Notes under the pieces: generated by a model
What the model saw: the letters and a program-made list of their open reading frames with translations, nothing else
The model's database searches: none
What the model was told of the DNA's origin: nothing
Shown here: piece after piece, positions 9,214 to 17,378 of the stretch
How positions within the stretch are numbered: position 1 is the first letter of the stretch
Layout of the letters: the number at the start of each line of letters is the position of its first letter
Origin: Gemmatimonadota bacterium
GTDB lineage: Bacteria; Gemmatimonadota; Gemmatimonadetes; Gemmatimonadales; GWC2-71-9
Length of the DNA: 64,000 nt
Assembly (NCBI GenBank): GCA_041482275.1
Contig: JBGPDL010000005.1
Coordinates: 2,985 to 66,984, forward strand
Reading direction: 5' to 3'
Program-made: the position numbers and the translations under genes

Positions 9214-10575
9214 TCATTGGAGGCCGATCGCAACGCCCACCGTGACGGCGCCGGCGCCCAGCGCAAGGAGGGCCAGCGACAACGGCGCGGCGAACCGCAG
9301 CCAGTCTTCGTAGCGCACCTGGGCGGCCGCGAGGATCGCCATGAGCGCCCCGTTCGTGGGAGTGACCAGCTCGCACAGACCGCCCCCGTACTGGTAGGCC
9401 AGCACGGTCACCTGGCGCGATAAGCCGAGCAGGTCGGCCAGCGGGACGAGGATCGGCAGCGTGAGCACCGCGTGGCCGCTGGGACTTGGCACCGGCACGT
9501 GGATGAGGGTGTGGACGACCATCATGCCGAGCGCGGCGAGAGTGAGCGGCAGCCCGGCGAGCGGCGCGAACAGCCCGTGCACGATCGTATCCACGATCCG
9601 GCCCTGCTCGAGCGTGACGAAGATCGCCCGCGCGACCCCGATGAGGAGGGCGGCGTACGCCATGGCCCGGAAACCGGCCACGAATGCCTCCGCAGTGCCG
9701 CCCACGCCGAGCCCACCGACCAGCCCTGCGATCACGCCCATCACGAAGAACAGCGCCGCCATCTCGTTGAACCCCCATCCCGAGCGCAGCACGCCGATCA
9801 CGAGCGCGGCGAAGCTCGCGAGCACCAGGAGCAGCACGGTGCCGCGCCGGCGGTCGAGCGTCGCGGATCCGGGCCCCTCATCACTTCCGCCGGCGGGCGC
9901 GGTCCGCGTGCGAATCGCGTAGCGCAGCGTGCCCCAGATCCAGATCGCCAGACCCACGACGAGACAGGCGATCCGAAACAGCGACCCCGACAGGAGCGGC
10001 AGCTGGGCGAGCTGCTGCGCGATGCCGACCTGGAAGGGATTGATGGGGCTGAACGCCGCGCCCACCGCCGCCGCGCCCAGGCTCATCGCGACCGCGACCG
10101 TCGGCCGGTAGCCGAGGCGGCGCACGAGCAGGAGCGTCACCGGCACGAGCGCGATTATCTCCTCTTTCATGTTGTCGAGCACGCCGCCCAGGGCGAACGC
10201 GAGGGATACCACCGGGATGACGAGGGCTTCGGAGCGCCCCACCCGCCGTACCAGCCAGTCCACTCCGCCGCGCAGCGCACCGGTTTCGTCCACCACGGTG
10301 AAGGCGCCCCCGATTAGGAACACGAAGAAGATCACGGGGGCCGCGTCGACCATGCCGCGGGGGATGGCTACCAGCGCCTGGAACGGACCGACGGAACGCG
10401 GGGGTACCGCGTGGTACGTACCGGCGATCACCACCCGCCGGCCGGTGGCGGGATCGTCGCGCCGGTCGTATTCGCCCGGCGGGAGTACGTGGCTCGCGGC
10501 GGCGGCGAGCAGCACGCAGCCGCACAGCAGGATGAGGGGGTGGGGGAACCGCACGGCGAGACTATGCCCCCCCAA
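9214..10575 (-). CDS. YfcC-family membrane transporter (putative C4-dicarboxylate/basic amino acid carrier superfamily)
   Basis: 453-aa polytopic membrane protein. The N-terminus FPHPLILL...LPPGEYDR and the internal F.FLIGGAF..V.ETGA match the YfcC family. Confidence 0.8.
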   Translation of the reverse strand: MGGHSLAVRFPHPLILLCGCVLLAAAASHVLPPGEYDRRDDPATGRRVVIAGTYHAVPPRSVGPFQALVAIPRGMVDAAPVIFFVFLIGGAFTVVDETGALRGGVDWLVRRVGRSEALVIPVVSLAFALGGVLDNMKEEIIALVPVTLLLVRRLGYRPTVAVAMSLGAAAVGAAFSPINPFQVGIAQQLAQLPLLSGSLFRIACLVVGLAIWIWGTLRYAIRTRTAPAGGSDEGPGSATLDRRRGTVLLLVLASFAALVIGVLRSGWGFNEMAALFFVMGVIAGLVGGLGVGGTAEAFVAGFRAMAYAALLIGVARAIFVTLEQGRIVDTIVHGLFAPLAGLPLTLAALGMMVVHTLIHVPVPSPSGHAVLTLPILVPLADLLGLSRQVTVLAYQYGGGLCELVTPTNGALMAILAAAQVRYEDWLRFAAPLSLALLALGAGAVTVGVAIGLQ

Positions 10576-10599
10576 GGAACGGTTCCGCCACCTGCGGAA

Positions 10600-11262
10600 C
10601 TAGGCGGCCCCGAGCCGCCGGATCGCGTGCGACTCGTACGCGTGCACGCCGTGCTGCGCCTCGCGCGCCGTGCGAACCATGGCGCGCGCCACCGTTGCCG
10701 CCCGGATCGGGCGGTACCGGGCGAGCGGACCCACCAACATCCAGCCGAAGAGCGGGCTGAGCACCACAGCCATCCGCTCCGCCGGCCGGCTTTGGGCCCG
10801 CGCGCCCACGAGCAACGACGGCCGGAAGATGTGCACGCCGTCGAACTGGAGGCGCCGCAGGGCCTCTTCCACCTCGCCTTTGACCCGGCTGTAGAACATG
10901 CGCGAGCGGGGGTCGGCGCCGACGGCGGTCACGACCAGGAACTGCGCCGCGCGGTGGCGCAGCGCGACGCGGGCCAGCTCCACGACATACGTGTAATCGA
11001 CTTTGCGGAACTCCGCCTCCGAGCCCGCCTGCCGGATCGTCGTGCCGAGACAGCAGAAGACGTCGTGCACCCGGGGGAAGTCGGCGACGTGGGCCAGATG
11101 GTCGAAGTCCACGACGCGCTGGATGAGCTTCTTGTTGGCGAGGGGCAGGTCGCGGCGGGCGAGGACGGTGACGCGGTCGTACTGCGGATCGTCGAGCAGC
11201 AGTCGCGTCACGTGGCCGCCGACGAGCCCGGACGCTCCGGCGACGAGGGCCGTACGGATCAC
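10600..11262 (-). CDS. NAD(P)H-binding atypical SDR (HTATIP2/YraR-like oxidoreductase)
   Basis: 220 aa with an N-terminal Rossmann motif ALVAGASGLVGGHV and a short atypical-SDR length. Confidence 0.75.
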   Translation of the reverse strand: MIRTALVAGASGLVGGHVTRLLLDDPQYDRVTVLARRDLPLANKKLIQRVVDFDHLAHVADFPRVHDVFCCLGTTIRQAGSEAEFRKVDYTYVVELARVALRHRAAQFLVVTAVGADPRSRMFYSRVKGEVEEALRRLQFDGVHIFRPSLLVGARAQSRPAERMAVVLSPLFGWMLVGPLARYRPIRAATVARAMVRTAREAQHGVHAYESHAIRRLGAA

Positions 11263-11282
11263 CCGCTAGCGCGCCGGGCCGG

Positions 11283-11720
11283 TCACGGCGTCACCCGCTT
11301 GGTGCGGAAGGTGCCGTTCATGATCGCGCTGCCGCCACCCGCCGGCCGCATCTCGAACGTGCCGTTGAGCGAATCGCCGCGGACCTTGGCCGAGGCGGTC
11401 GTCACGACGTCCTGGTTGGCGGTGGGGCTGTGATAGGGTCCGATCTCGTCCACGAGGGATGTATCGGTGACCTGACGCGCCCGGATGGGAATCGGGGGAG
11501 CGGTGATGCCCGTGAATGTGAGCGTGCTGCGGAGGGTCCCGTCCGACACCACGCTCGCCACGATGCGGAACGGCGTGCCGCTGTCCGACGCGCTGCGGTA
11601 CGAGCGGCCTTCCCAGGTCCCGGCGTACTTCTGGGCGGGTGCAACGGGGGTCGCGCTGCGCGACTTGTCTCCCGGCGCGCAGGCGGCGATGACGAGCGCC
11701 GCGCAAACCAGTGTGCGCAT
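11283..11720 (-). CDS. Hypothetical lipoprotein
   Basis: Start at ATG 11720 (MRTLVCAALVIAACAPG, lipobox) with GGAGA 6 nt upstream. The longer tracked ORF to 12161 overlaps the MtfA-like gene and was rejected. Confidence 0.6.
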   Translation of the reverse strand: MRTLVCAALVIAACAPGDKSRSATPVAPAQKYAGTWEGRSYRSASDSGTPFRIVASVVSDGTLRSTLTFTGITAPPIPIRARQVTDTSLVDEIGPYHSPTANQDVVTTASAKVRGDSLNGTFEMRPAGGGSAIMNGTFRTKRVTP

Positions 11721-11790
11721 TCTGTTCTCCGGTGAAAGATCCAGCGTGCAGTATGGGCGCGCGGACCGCTTGGCACAAGGAAGCGCTCGC

Positions 11791-12654
11791 TTACCCCTGG
11801 TCGGGGCGGCGGGCGGCGGGGTCCTGGTGGTAGTACTGGCGGAGCTCGTCATACAGGTCGGGCTCCGCAGCTTTGAGCTGCTGCGGTTTCTCAAAAAACG
11901 TCTCGGTGGCGACCGCGAAGAACTCGGCGGGGTTCGTGACACCGTACTCGTGGAGCACGGTGCTACGACCAGCTCGCACATCCTGCTGCAGGCGTTCGTA
12001 GTGCGCGGAGAGGACGCGCGCCCATGACCGCACCAGGGATGGCGAGTCGAGCACGGGCGTGCCGCCCGCGTCGCCGTCCTCCTGGTCGAGCGCATGCGCG
12101 AACTCGTGCAGGGCGACGTCGTTGCCATCCGCCGGATTTGCACCGCCGGCGCGCACGTCATCCCAGGAGAGAATCACCATTCCGTCTCGCCACGCTTCCC
12201 CGCTCGCGACTACGGGAGCCGGCGGAGGCGCGATCTGGCCTACATGCGGCGCGTACTTCGGTCGAAACGCGCTGGGATAGACGAGGATTCGTCTGACTGT
12301 GGGGTAGCAGGGGCCGTCGAGGTGCAGCAGCAGCAGGCAGGCGTGCGCCGCGATCGTGACCCGCATCTCCGCCGTGATCTCGAGGCCGCCGCATCCCTCG
12401 AACGGCTTGTCGTGCACGAACACCTGCACCAGCTGCAGCAGACGCTCGTGCTCCTCCGCCGACAACCCGCTCGCCAGCGGGACGTTCCGAGCGATGATCT
12501 CGTTCCAGCCGTCGGGGATCGGCTCGGTGCGCAGCCGGACGGTACCTCGCGTCGAGCCGATGCGCGGTAGGAGAGCTCGCGCGACCAGCACCGCCACGGT
12601 CAGGACAAGAGCCACCGCTGCGATGACCAAGAGGGCCTGCAGCGCGTCCGGCAC
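11791..12654 (-). CDS. mtfA: MtfA-like zinc metallopeptidase (M90 family) with an N-terminal TM helix
   Basis: 287 aa with the zinc motif HEFAHALD and surrounding M90/MtfA-like sequence. The GTG start is preceded by GAGGAGA. Confidence 0.75.
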   Translation of the reverse strand: MPDALQALLVIAAVALVLTVAVLVARALLPRIGSTRGTVRLRTEPIPDGWNEIIARNVPLASGLSAEEHERLLQLVQVFVHDKPFEGCGGLEITAEMRVTIAAHACLLLLHLDGPCYPTVRRILVYPSAFRPKYAPHVGQIAPPPAPVVASGEAWRDGMVILSWDDVRAGGANPADGNDVALHEFAHALDQEDGDAGGTPVLDSPSLVRSWARVLSAHYERLQQDVRAGRSTVLHEYGVTNPAEFFAVATETFFEKPQQLKAAEPDLYDELRQYYHQDPAARRPDQG

Positions 12655-12666
12655 CCGAGTCTCTCC

Positions 12667-12735
12667 TCAAGCCCGCTGCCGGTCGAGCCAGCCGGCGATC
12701 GCGGCGAACAGGCCATAAGACACCAGGACGAACAT
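12667..12735 (-). CDS. Candidate 22-codon small ORF encoding a hydrophobic micropeptide (MFVLVSYGLFAAIAGWLDRQRA)
   Basis: Not in the ORF track because it is too short. Its ATG lies 3 nt after the TAA of the upstream methyltransferase/MTHFR gene, and its TGA lies inside the SD region 12 nt before the MtfA-like start. 18 of 21 third positions are G/C. It has one predicted TM-like segment. Confidence 0.3.
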   Translation of the reverse strand: MFVLVSYGLFAAIAGWLDRQRA

Positions 12736-12738
12736 GGG

Positions 12739-14574
12739 TTACCCGAACACCTCGAGCGCCACCTCCACCTTCCCGAACGGCGCGCTCACCTGCACGCCCT
12801 GCACCGTGCCCTTCACTTGCTGGAACATCTCGCGCGCGATCTTGACCCCTTCGGCGAGCGCAGCCTCTTTGCCCTTGTCCTGCGCCTGGCGCATGCGCCC
12901 GAGCACTGACTCTGGCACCACCACGCCGGGCACTTCGTTCGCGAGAAACTCCGCGTTGCGGAGGCTGATGATCGGCCAGATCCCCGCCACGATGGGGATG
13001 CGGAACTGCTCCACCCGCTTGAGGAACTGCTCGAGCTGCGCGGGATCGAACACCGGCTGCGTCACCGCGAAGTCCGCGCCCGCATCCACCTTCCACGCGA
13101 ACCGCGACAGCTCGCGGTCCAGGTCGACTGCCGCGGGGTTCACCCCCACGCCGATCGCGAACCGGGTCGGCTGGCCGATGGGGTTGCCGCCGGGATCGAG
13201 CCCGTGGTTCAACCGGTATACCAGATTCGTGAGCCCGATGGCGTCGATGTCGAACACCGCGGTCGCGTCGGGATATGGGCCCATCTTGGGCGGGTCACCC
13301 GTGATGATCAGAATATTGCAGAGCCCCGCGGCGGCGGCGCCCAGCACGTCCGACAGCATGCCGAGCAGGTTGCGGTCGCGGCACGAATAGTGGGTGACGG
13401 TCTCGATCCCCACCTCACGCTGGATCATGAGCGACGAGAGCAGCGCCCCCATGCGGCTCTGCGCGCGCGGGCCGTCGGGCACGTTCACCGCGTCGACGCC
13501 CGCCGCCTTGAGCGCCCGGCACTGCGCGAACATCGGCGCGGGATCGACGCCGCGCGGCGGCACGATCTCCACGCTCGTGACGAGCTCGCCCCGGGCCAGC
13601 TTCGCGCCCCAGCGGGACCGCTCGGCCAACGGCACTGCCTCGACCCCCGCGGGCGGGGCCACCAGGTCCCGCGACACCACCACGGGCTGGTGGCGCGGCA
13701 CCACGCTCGCCACGTAGTCGCGGATCTTCTTGATGTGCTCGGGAGTCGTGCCGCAACACCCTCCCACGATGCGCGCGCCGGCCTCAATCATGCGGCGCGC
13801 GTAGCTCGCCATGTACTCGGGGCTCGCGAGGTAAATCTTCCGGTCGCCCACATCCTTCGGCAGGCCGGCGTTCGGCACGGCGGAGATGGGGCGGTCGGTT
13901 GCCTTGACCAGCTTCTCCACCGCTTCGAGCACCCCGGCCGGGCCCACCGAGCAATTCACCCCGACCGCGTCCGCGCCCCACGCGGCGAGTTGTTTGGCGA
14001 ACGTCTCGGGTGCCGTGCCGTAATGGGTGAGTCCGTCGTCGCCCACCGTCATCTGCGCGATCACGGGGAGGTCCGAGAGACTCTGCACCGCGCGCAGCGC
14101 TTCGTGGATCTCATCCACGTCCGAAAACGTCTCCAGGATGAACCCGTCCACGCCGCCCGCGAGCAGGCCCCGCACCTGGCGCTGGAAGTGCGCGAACGCC
14201 TCCTCCCGCGAGGTTGCGCCGAACGGTTCGATCCGGACGCCGAGCGGCCCGATCGCGCCAGCGACGCTCGCCCGTCCCGCCGCGGCCTGGCGCGCCAGCT
14301 CGGCGGCAGCCCGGTTGATCTTCTCGGTGTCGTCGGCCAGCCCGTAGCTCCCCAGCTTCACCGGATTCGCACCGAACGTGTTCGTCTCGAGGATCTCCGC
14401 GCCGGCGCGCACGTAGGCCTCGTGCACGTCCTGGACGAGCTTGGGCTGCTTCAGGCTCAGCTCGTCGTAACAGACGTTCAGCAGGAAGCCCTTCGAGTAC
14501 AGCATCGTACCCATCGCCCCGTCGAGGACGTGGACCTTGCCGTCTTCCAGCAGCTCGCGAAGCGTGATGGTCAT
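12739..14574 (-). CDS. Bifunctional homocysteine S-methyltransferase / 5,10-methylenetetrahydrofolate reductase (YitJ-like)
   Basis: The N-terminal half (LDGAMGT...ETNTF..N..., with GGCCGT near the end of the domain) matches the homocysteine-binding domain. The C-terminal half is MetF-like. Start trimmed to ATG 14574 (MTITLRELLEDGK). Confidence 0.9.
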   Translation of the reverse strand: MTITLRELLEDGKVHVLDGAMGTMLYSKGFLLNVCYDELSLKQPKLVQDVHEAYVRAGAEILETNTFGANPVKLGSYGLADDTEKINRAAAELARQAAAGRASVAGAIGPLGVRIEPFGATSREEAFAHFQRQVRGLLAGGVDGFILETFSDVDEIHEALRAVQSLSDLPVIAQMTVGDDGLTHYGTAPETFAKQLAAWGADAVGVNCSVGPAGVLEAVEKLVKATDRPISAVPNAGLPKDVGDRKIYLASPEYMASYARRMIEAGARIVGGCCGTTPEHIKKIRDYVASVVPRHQPVVVSRDLVAPPAGVEAVPLAERSRWGAKLARGELVTSVEIVPPRGVDPAPMFAQCRALKAAGVDAVNVPDGPRAQSRMGALLSSLMIQREVGIETVTHYSCRDRNLLGMLSDVLGAAAAGLCNILIITGDPPKMGPYPDATAVFDIDAIGLTNLVYRLNHGLDPGGNPIGQPTRFAIGVGVNPAAVDLDRELSRFAWKVDAGADFAVTQPVFDPAQLEQFLKRVEQFRIPIVAGIWPIISLRNAEFLANEVPGVVVPESVLGRMRQAQDKGKEAALAEGVKIAREMFQQVKGTVQGVQVSAPFGKVEVALEVFG

Positions 14575-14592
14575 CCGTTGTCCGTCACCCGG

Positions 14593-14631
14593 AAAAGCAA
14601 GACCCGTCCGGCCGAGCAGCCGCCAAACGGG
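14593..14631 (-). terminator. Terminator-like hairpin plus T-rich tract in the 5' leader of the YitJ-like gene (possible attenuator or riboswitch expression platform)
   Basis: The minus strand reads CCCGT-TTGGCGGCTGCTCGGCCGG-ACGGG followed by TCTTGCTTTTCC. It lies about 20 nt upstream of the ATG. A T-rich run is rare in this GC-rich window. Confidence 0.35.
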
Positions 14632-14633
14632 CT

Positions 14634-14686
14634 GGCGCTTTAGCGACTTGTTTAACGTGGCTGCAATAGGCCGCAAATCACCACGG
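14634..14686 (-). promoter_or_regulatory. Candidate H-type pseudoknot leader RNA (SAM-II/SAM-V-like?) upstream of the YitJ-like gene
   Basis: The minus strand reads CCGUGGUGAUUUGCGGCCUAUUGCAGCCACGUUAAACAAGUCGCUAAAGCGCC. Stem CGUGG/CCACG encloses a loop (UUUGCGGC) that can pair with the 3' tail GUCGC(U)AAA. Its position upstream of a methionine-cycle gene fits a SAM-responsive element. No covariance model was run. Confidence 0.3.
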
Positions 14687-14703
14687 AATCGGTTGTCGAT
14701 TGG

Positions 14704-14731
14704 AATCTAGGTCAACGACGCGCTGCCGCAA
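14704..14731 (-). promoter_or_regulatory. Candidate sigma-70-type promoter for the YitJ-like leader
   Basis: The minus strand has TTGCGG (14731-14726), a 16-nt spacer and TAGATT (14709-14704). This would place the transcription start just upstream of the candidate leader structure. Confidence 0.25.
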
Positions 14732-14754
14732 GCTATCTGTTCTCCCGGTCCATT

Positions 14755-14813
14755 AGTGGAGGTTGGTGAAGGTTACTCCTCCACCATCTTCCACTCTCCT
14801 CCACCACCCTCAC
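14755..14813. repeat. Hairpin element with tandem 10-nt arms (GGTGGAGGNN family), 40 bp upstream of cydA
   Basis: AGTGGAGGTTGGTGAAGGTTA faces TCCTCCACCATCTTCCACT(CTCCTCCACCACCCTCAC). 15 of 19 positions are complementary. The same decamer core occurs in the element inside glcF (41277-41361). Confidence 0.7.
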
Positions 14814-14852
14814 GACCATCCTCCCCTTTCCAAGTAGCTACTTTTCGCAACC

Positions 14853-16193
14853 ATGCCCGACCTCCTCGCCGCGCGCTCGCAGATGGGCATCTCGCTCGCC
14901 TTTCACATCGTGTTCGCGGTCATCGGGATCGCGATGCCGCTCATGATGGTCGTCGCCGAACGGCGCTGGCGGGTGACGGGGCACGCGATCTATCTGGACC
15001 TTGCGAAGCGGTGGGCCGCAGGAACCGCCATTCTCTTCTCGGTGGGCGCGGTGTCCGGGACGGTGCTGTCGTTCGAGCTGGGGCTCTTGTGGCCTGCCTT
15101 CATGCAGCTCGCGGGGCCGATCATCGGGATGCCGTTCTCGCTCGAAGGGTTCGCGTTCTTCACCGAAGCCATATTCCTCGGCATCTACCTGTATGGCTGG
15201 GACCGCATCTCGCCCCGGGCGCACCTCTGGGCCGGCGTGGCCGTGGCGGTGAGCGGGGCCGCGTCCGGCGTGTTCGTGGTGATCGCCAATGCGTGGATGA
15301 ACGCGCCCGCGGGTTTCGAGCTCGTGAACGGCCATGTGGTGAACGTCGACCCGATCGCCGCGATGGGGAACGCGGCGGCCCTCTCGCAGACCATCCACGT
15401 GACGCTCGCGGCGTACGCCGCCACTGGGTTCGCCGTCGCCGGGATCCACGCGTTCCTGCTGCTCAAAGATCCGGCGAATGCGTTTCACCGCCGCGCGCTC
15501 GAGATTGCGCTCCTCGTGGGCGCGCCCGCCGCCATCCTGCAGCCGCTGTCGGGCGATCTCTCGGCGCATCACGTCGCCGTGCATCAGCCGGTGAAGCTCG
15601 CCGCCGCGGAAGCCCTGTTCCAGACTCGGGCGGGGGCGCCCCTCACGCTGGGCGGCTGGCCCGACGTAGCGGCGCGCGCAACGCGGTTCGCGATCGAAGT
15701 CCCGTACGGGCTGTCATTGCTCGCCTTCCATGATCCTCACGCCGAGGTGAAGGGGCTCGACCTTGTCCCCCCTAGCGACTGGCCCAACATCCCGGCGGTG
15801 CATCTGTCATTCCAGCTCATGGTGGCGCTCGGCACGTACCTGGCGGTGGTCTCCCTCTGGGTGGGCTGGCTCGCGTGGCGCCGGGCGGACCTGGCGGACC
15901 ACCGCTGGCTGATGCGGGCGATCGCGCTCGCCACGCCGCTCGGTTTCGTGGCGGTGGAGGCGGGATGGATGGTGACCGAGCTGGGTCGGCAGCCATGGGT
16001 GATCTACGGCGTGCTGAAAACGGCAGACGCCGTCACGCCCATGCCGGGGCTCGTCGTGCCGTTCATCACCTTCACGTTGCTGTATTGTTTCCTCGGCGTG
16101 ATCGTCGTCTGGCTCATGTACCGACAGATCATCCGCAGTCCCGGGACTCCGGAGTGGCGGGGGTTCTACATGCCGAAGGGAGAGGCCGGATGA
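14853..16193 (+). CDS. cydA: Cytochrome bd-type quinol oxidase subunit I
   Basis: 446 aa. The N-terminus LLAARSQMGISLAFHIVFA.IGI matches the CydA signature. The short Q-loop length class and the cydB gene downstream support the call. Confidence 0.93.
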   Translation: MPDLLAARSQMGISLAFHIVFAVIGIAMPLMMVVAERRWRVTGHAIYLDLAKRWAAGTAILFSVGAVSGTVLSFELGLLWPAFMQLAGPIIGMPFSLEGFAFFTEAIFLGIYLYGWDRISPRAHLWAGVAVAVSGAASGVFVVIANAWMNAPAGFELVNGHVVNVDPIAAMGNAAALSQTIHVTLAAYAATGFAVAGIHAFLLLKDPANAFHRRALEIALLVGAPAAILQPLSGDLSAHHVAVHQPVKLAAAEALFQTRAGAPLTLGGWPDVAARATRFAIEVPYGLSLLAFHDPHAEVKGLDLVPPSDWPNIPAVHLSFQLMVALGTYLAVVSLWVGWLAWRRADLADHRWLMRAIALATPLGFVAVEAGWMVTELGRQPWVIYGVLKTADAVTPMPGLVVPFITFTLLYCFLGVIVVWLMYRQIIRSPGTPEWRGFYMPKGEAG

Positions 16194-16197
16194 CTGA

Positions 16198-16290
16198 TTG
16201 GTACGTAGTACGTGGTGCGTGGTTGCCTACGACGCGGGTTGCGCGCGCGGCCCGCGCCGCATGCCACCACGTACCACGCACCACGCAGGG
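16198..16290. repeat. Hairpin element with tandem 7-nt arms (GTACGTG/GTGCGTG family) filling the cydA-cydB junction
   Basis: Arm GTACGTAGTACGTGGTGCGTGGTTGCC (16201-16227) faces GCATGCCACCACGTACCACGCACCACGC (16259-16286). A GC-rich central mini-hairpin reads GCGGG..CCCGC. The cydA stop and cydB start are 106 nt apart instead of abutting. Confidence 0.7.
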
Positions 16291-16299
16291 GTGTGTTCC

Positions 16300-17331
16300 A
16301 TGACTCTCCCTGACGTTCTCGCCGGCACGATCTTCGTGGCACTCAACGCCTACGCGCTGCTCGCCGGCGCGGATTTTGGGGGCGGTGTGTGGGGTCTGCT
16401 CGCGAGCGGCCCACGCCGGGTGCGCCAGCGCGAGCTCGTCGCCCACGCGATCGCCCCGGTGTGGGAAGCGAACCACGTCTGGCTGATCCTCGCGCTGGTG
16501 CTGTTGTTCACCTGCTTTCCGCCTGCGTTCGCGCGCCTGGGCACGATGCTCCACATCCCGCTGTCGCTCGTGCTGATCGGGATCGTGCTGCGCGGCTCGG
16601 CGTTCACCTTTTGGCGCTACGGCAGCGCCGGGGACGAGGAGCAGCGTCGCTGGGGCACGGTGTTCGCCGTGGCGAGTCTCATCACGCCACTGTTGCTCGG
16701 GACGACGGTGGGCGCGATCGCGTCCGGCGCACTGGGAGAGGGAGGACGGGGGACCGGGGAGGGGTTCTACGGCAGTTACGTGGCGCCGTGGCTGAACCCC
16801 TTTGCCCTATCGGTGGGACTGTTCGCGCTGGTGGCGTTCTCGTTTCTCGCGGCCGTCTACTTGACGGTCGAGGCGCGGGAGCGGGAGTTGCAGGAGGATT
16901 TCCGCCGTCGCGCGCTCGGCTCCGGCGTGGCGTTGTTCGTCGCTGCCGCTCTGACCCTCTTGCTGTCGCGCGGGTATGCGCCCGCGGTACGCGATTCGCT
17001 CATCTTCGCCACCTGGGCGGTCGCGCTGCATCTCCTCACCGGCGCGGCGGCGATCACGGCCCTCGGTGCGCTGTGGTACCGCCGCTGGCGGCTCGCTCGG
17101 GCCGCGGCCGCGGCCCAAATCTCCCTGATCCTGTTGGGCTGGGCGCGCTCCCAGTACCCCTACATCCTGCCGCCCGACCTGACGATTGCGGCAGCGGCGG
17201 CGCCGGACGTGACGCTGCGGCTCACGCTCGGCGCGCTGGCGCTCGGCGCGGTGCTGCTGCTGCCGTCACTGTACTACTTGTTTCGAATCTTCAAGCACGG
17301 TCCTCCGTCACCCGTTGTCCGTGATCCGTAA
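16300..17331 (+). CDS. cydB: Cytochrome bd-type quinol oxidase subunit II
   Basis: Start set at ATG 16300 (MTLPDVLAGTIFVALNAYALLAGADFGGGVW, the canonical CydB N-terminus). The tracked TTG start at 16198 would translate the repeat element and was rejected. Confidence 0.9.
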   Translation: MTLPDVLAGTIFVALNAYALLAGADFGGGVWGLLASGPRRVRQRELVAHAIAPVWEANHVWLILALVLLFTCFPPAFARLGTMLHIPLSLVLIGIVLRGSAFTFWRYGSAGDEEQRRWGTVFAVASLITPLLLGTTVGAIASGALGEGGRGTGEGFYGSYVAPWLNPFALSVGLFALVAFSFLAAVYLTVEARERELQEDFRRRALGSGVALFVAAALTLLLSRGYAPAVRDSLIFATWAVALHLLTGAAAITALGALWYRRWRLARAAAAAQISLILLGWARSQYPYILPPDLTIAAAAAPDVTLRLTLGALALGAVLLLPSLYYLFRIFKHGPPSPVVRDP

Positions 17332-17375
17332 CGGCAGGCCACGCTTTCACAACCGATGACGGACAACGGACGACG
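17305..17375. repeat. Hairpin element with tandem 7-nt arms (ACGGACN / CGTCNTC family) at the cydB 3' end
   Basis: Arm 17305-17328 (CCGTCACCCGTTGTCCGTGATCCG) pairs with 17353-17375 (CCGATGACGGACAACGGACGACG) at about 19 of 23 positions. The left arm encodes the last 8 codons of cydB. The right arm ends 4 nt before the stop of the convergent small gene. Confidence 0.7.
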
Positions 17376-17378
17376 TCG

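Noticed and set aside
11768-11785. Sigma-54 promoter candidates (TGGCAC hits at about 11769, 12914, 9487, 16333 and 60377)
   Set aside because: None has the -12 TTGC element at the correct 11-nt GG-to-GC spacing. Most lie inside coding sequence or point away from any gene start.
14740-14830. SAM-I (S-box) riboswitch, suspected because GGTGGAGG resembles the S-box core and the downstream gene is yitJ-like
   Set aside because: The remaining S-box consensus is absent (GCCC..TGA..CC..GCAACC and GGTGCTAA..CC). The same decamer recurs as an inverted array inside glcF, so it belongs to a repeat element rather than an S-box.
14834-14841. Shared 8-mer TAGCTACT upstream of cydA (14834) and of the Met-rich lipoprotein gene (about 38264), considered as a possible -10/-7-type promoter element
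   Set aside because: There are only two occurrences, at different distances from the start codons (10 and 22 nt). This cannot be distinguished from chance without genome-wide statistics.
16198-16299. TTG start at 16198, which would add 34 aa (MVRSTWCVVAYDAGCARGPRRMPPRTTHHAGVCS) to CydB
   Set aside because: The canonical CydB N-terminus begins at ATG 16300. The extension is simply the translated hairpin element. An open frame across 102 nt is unremarkable at this GC content.
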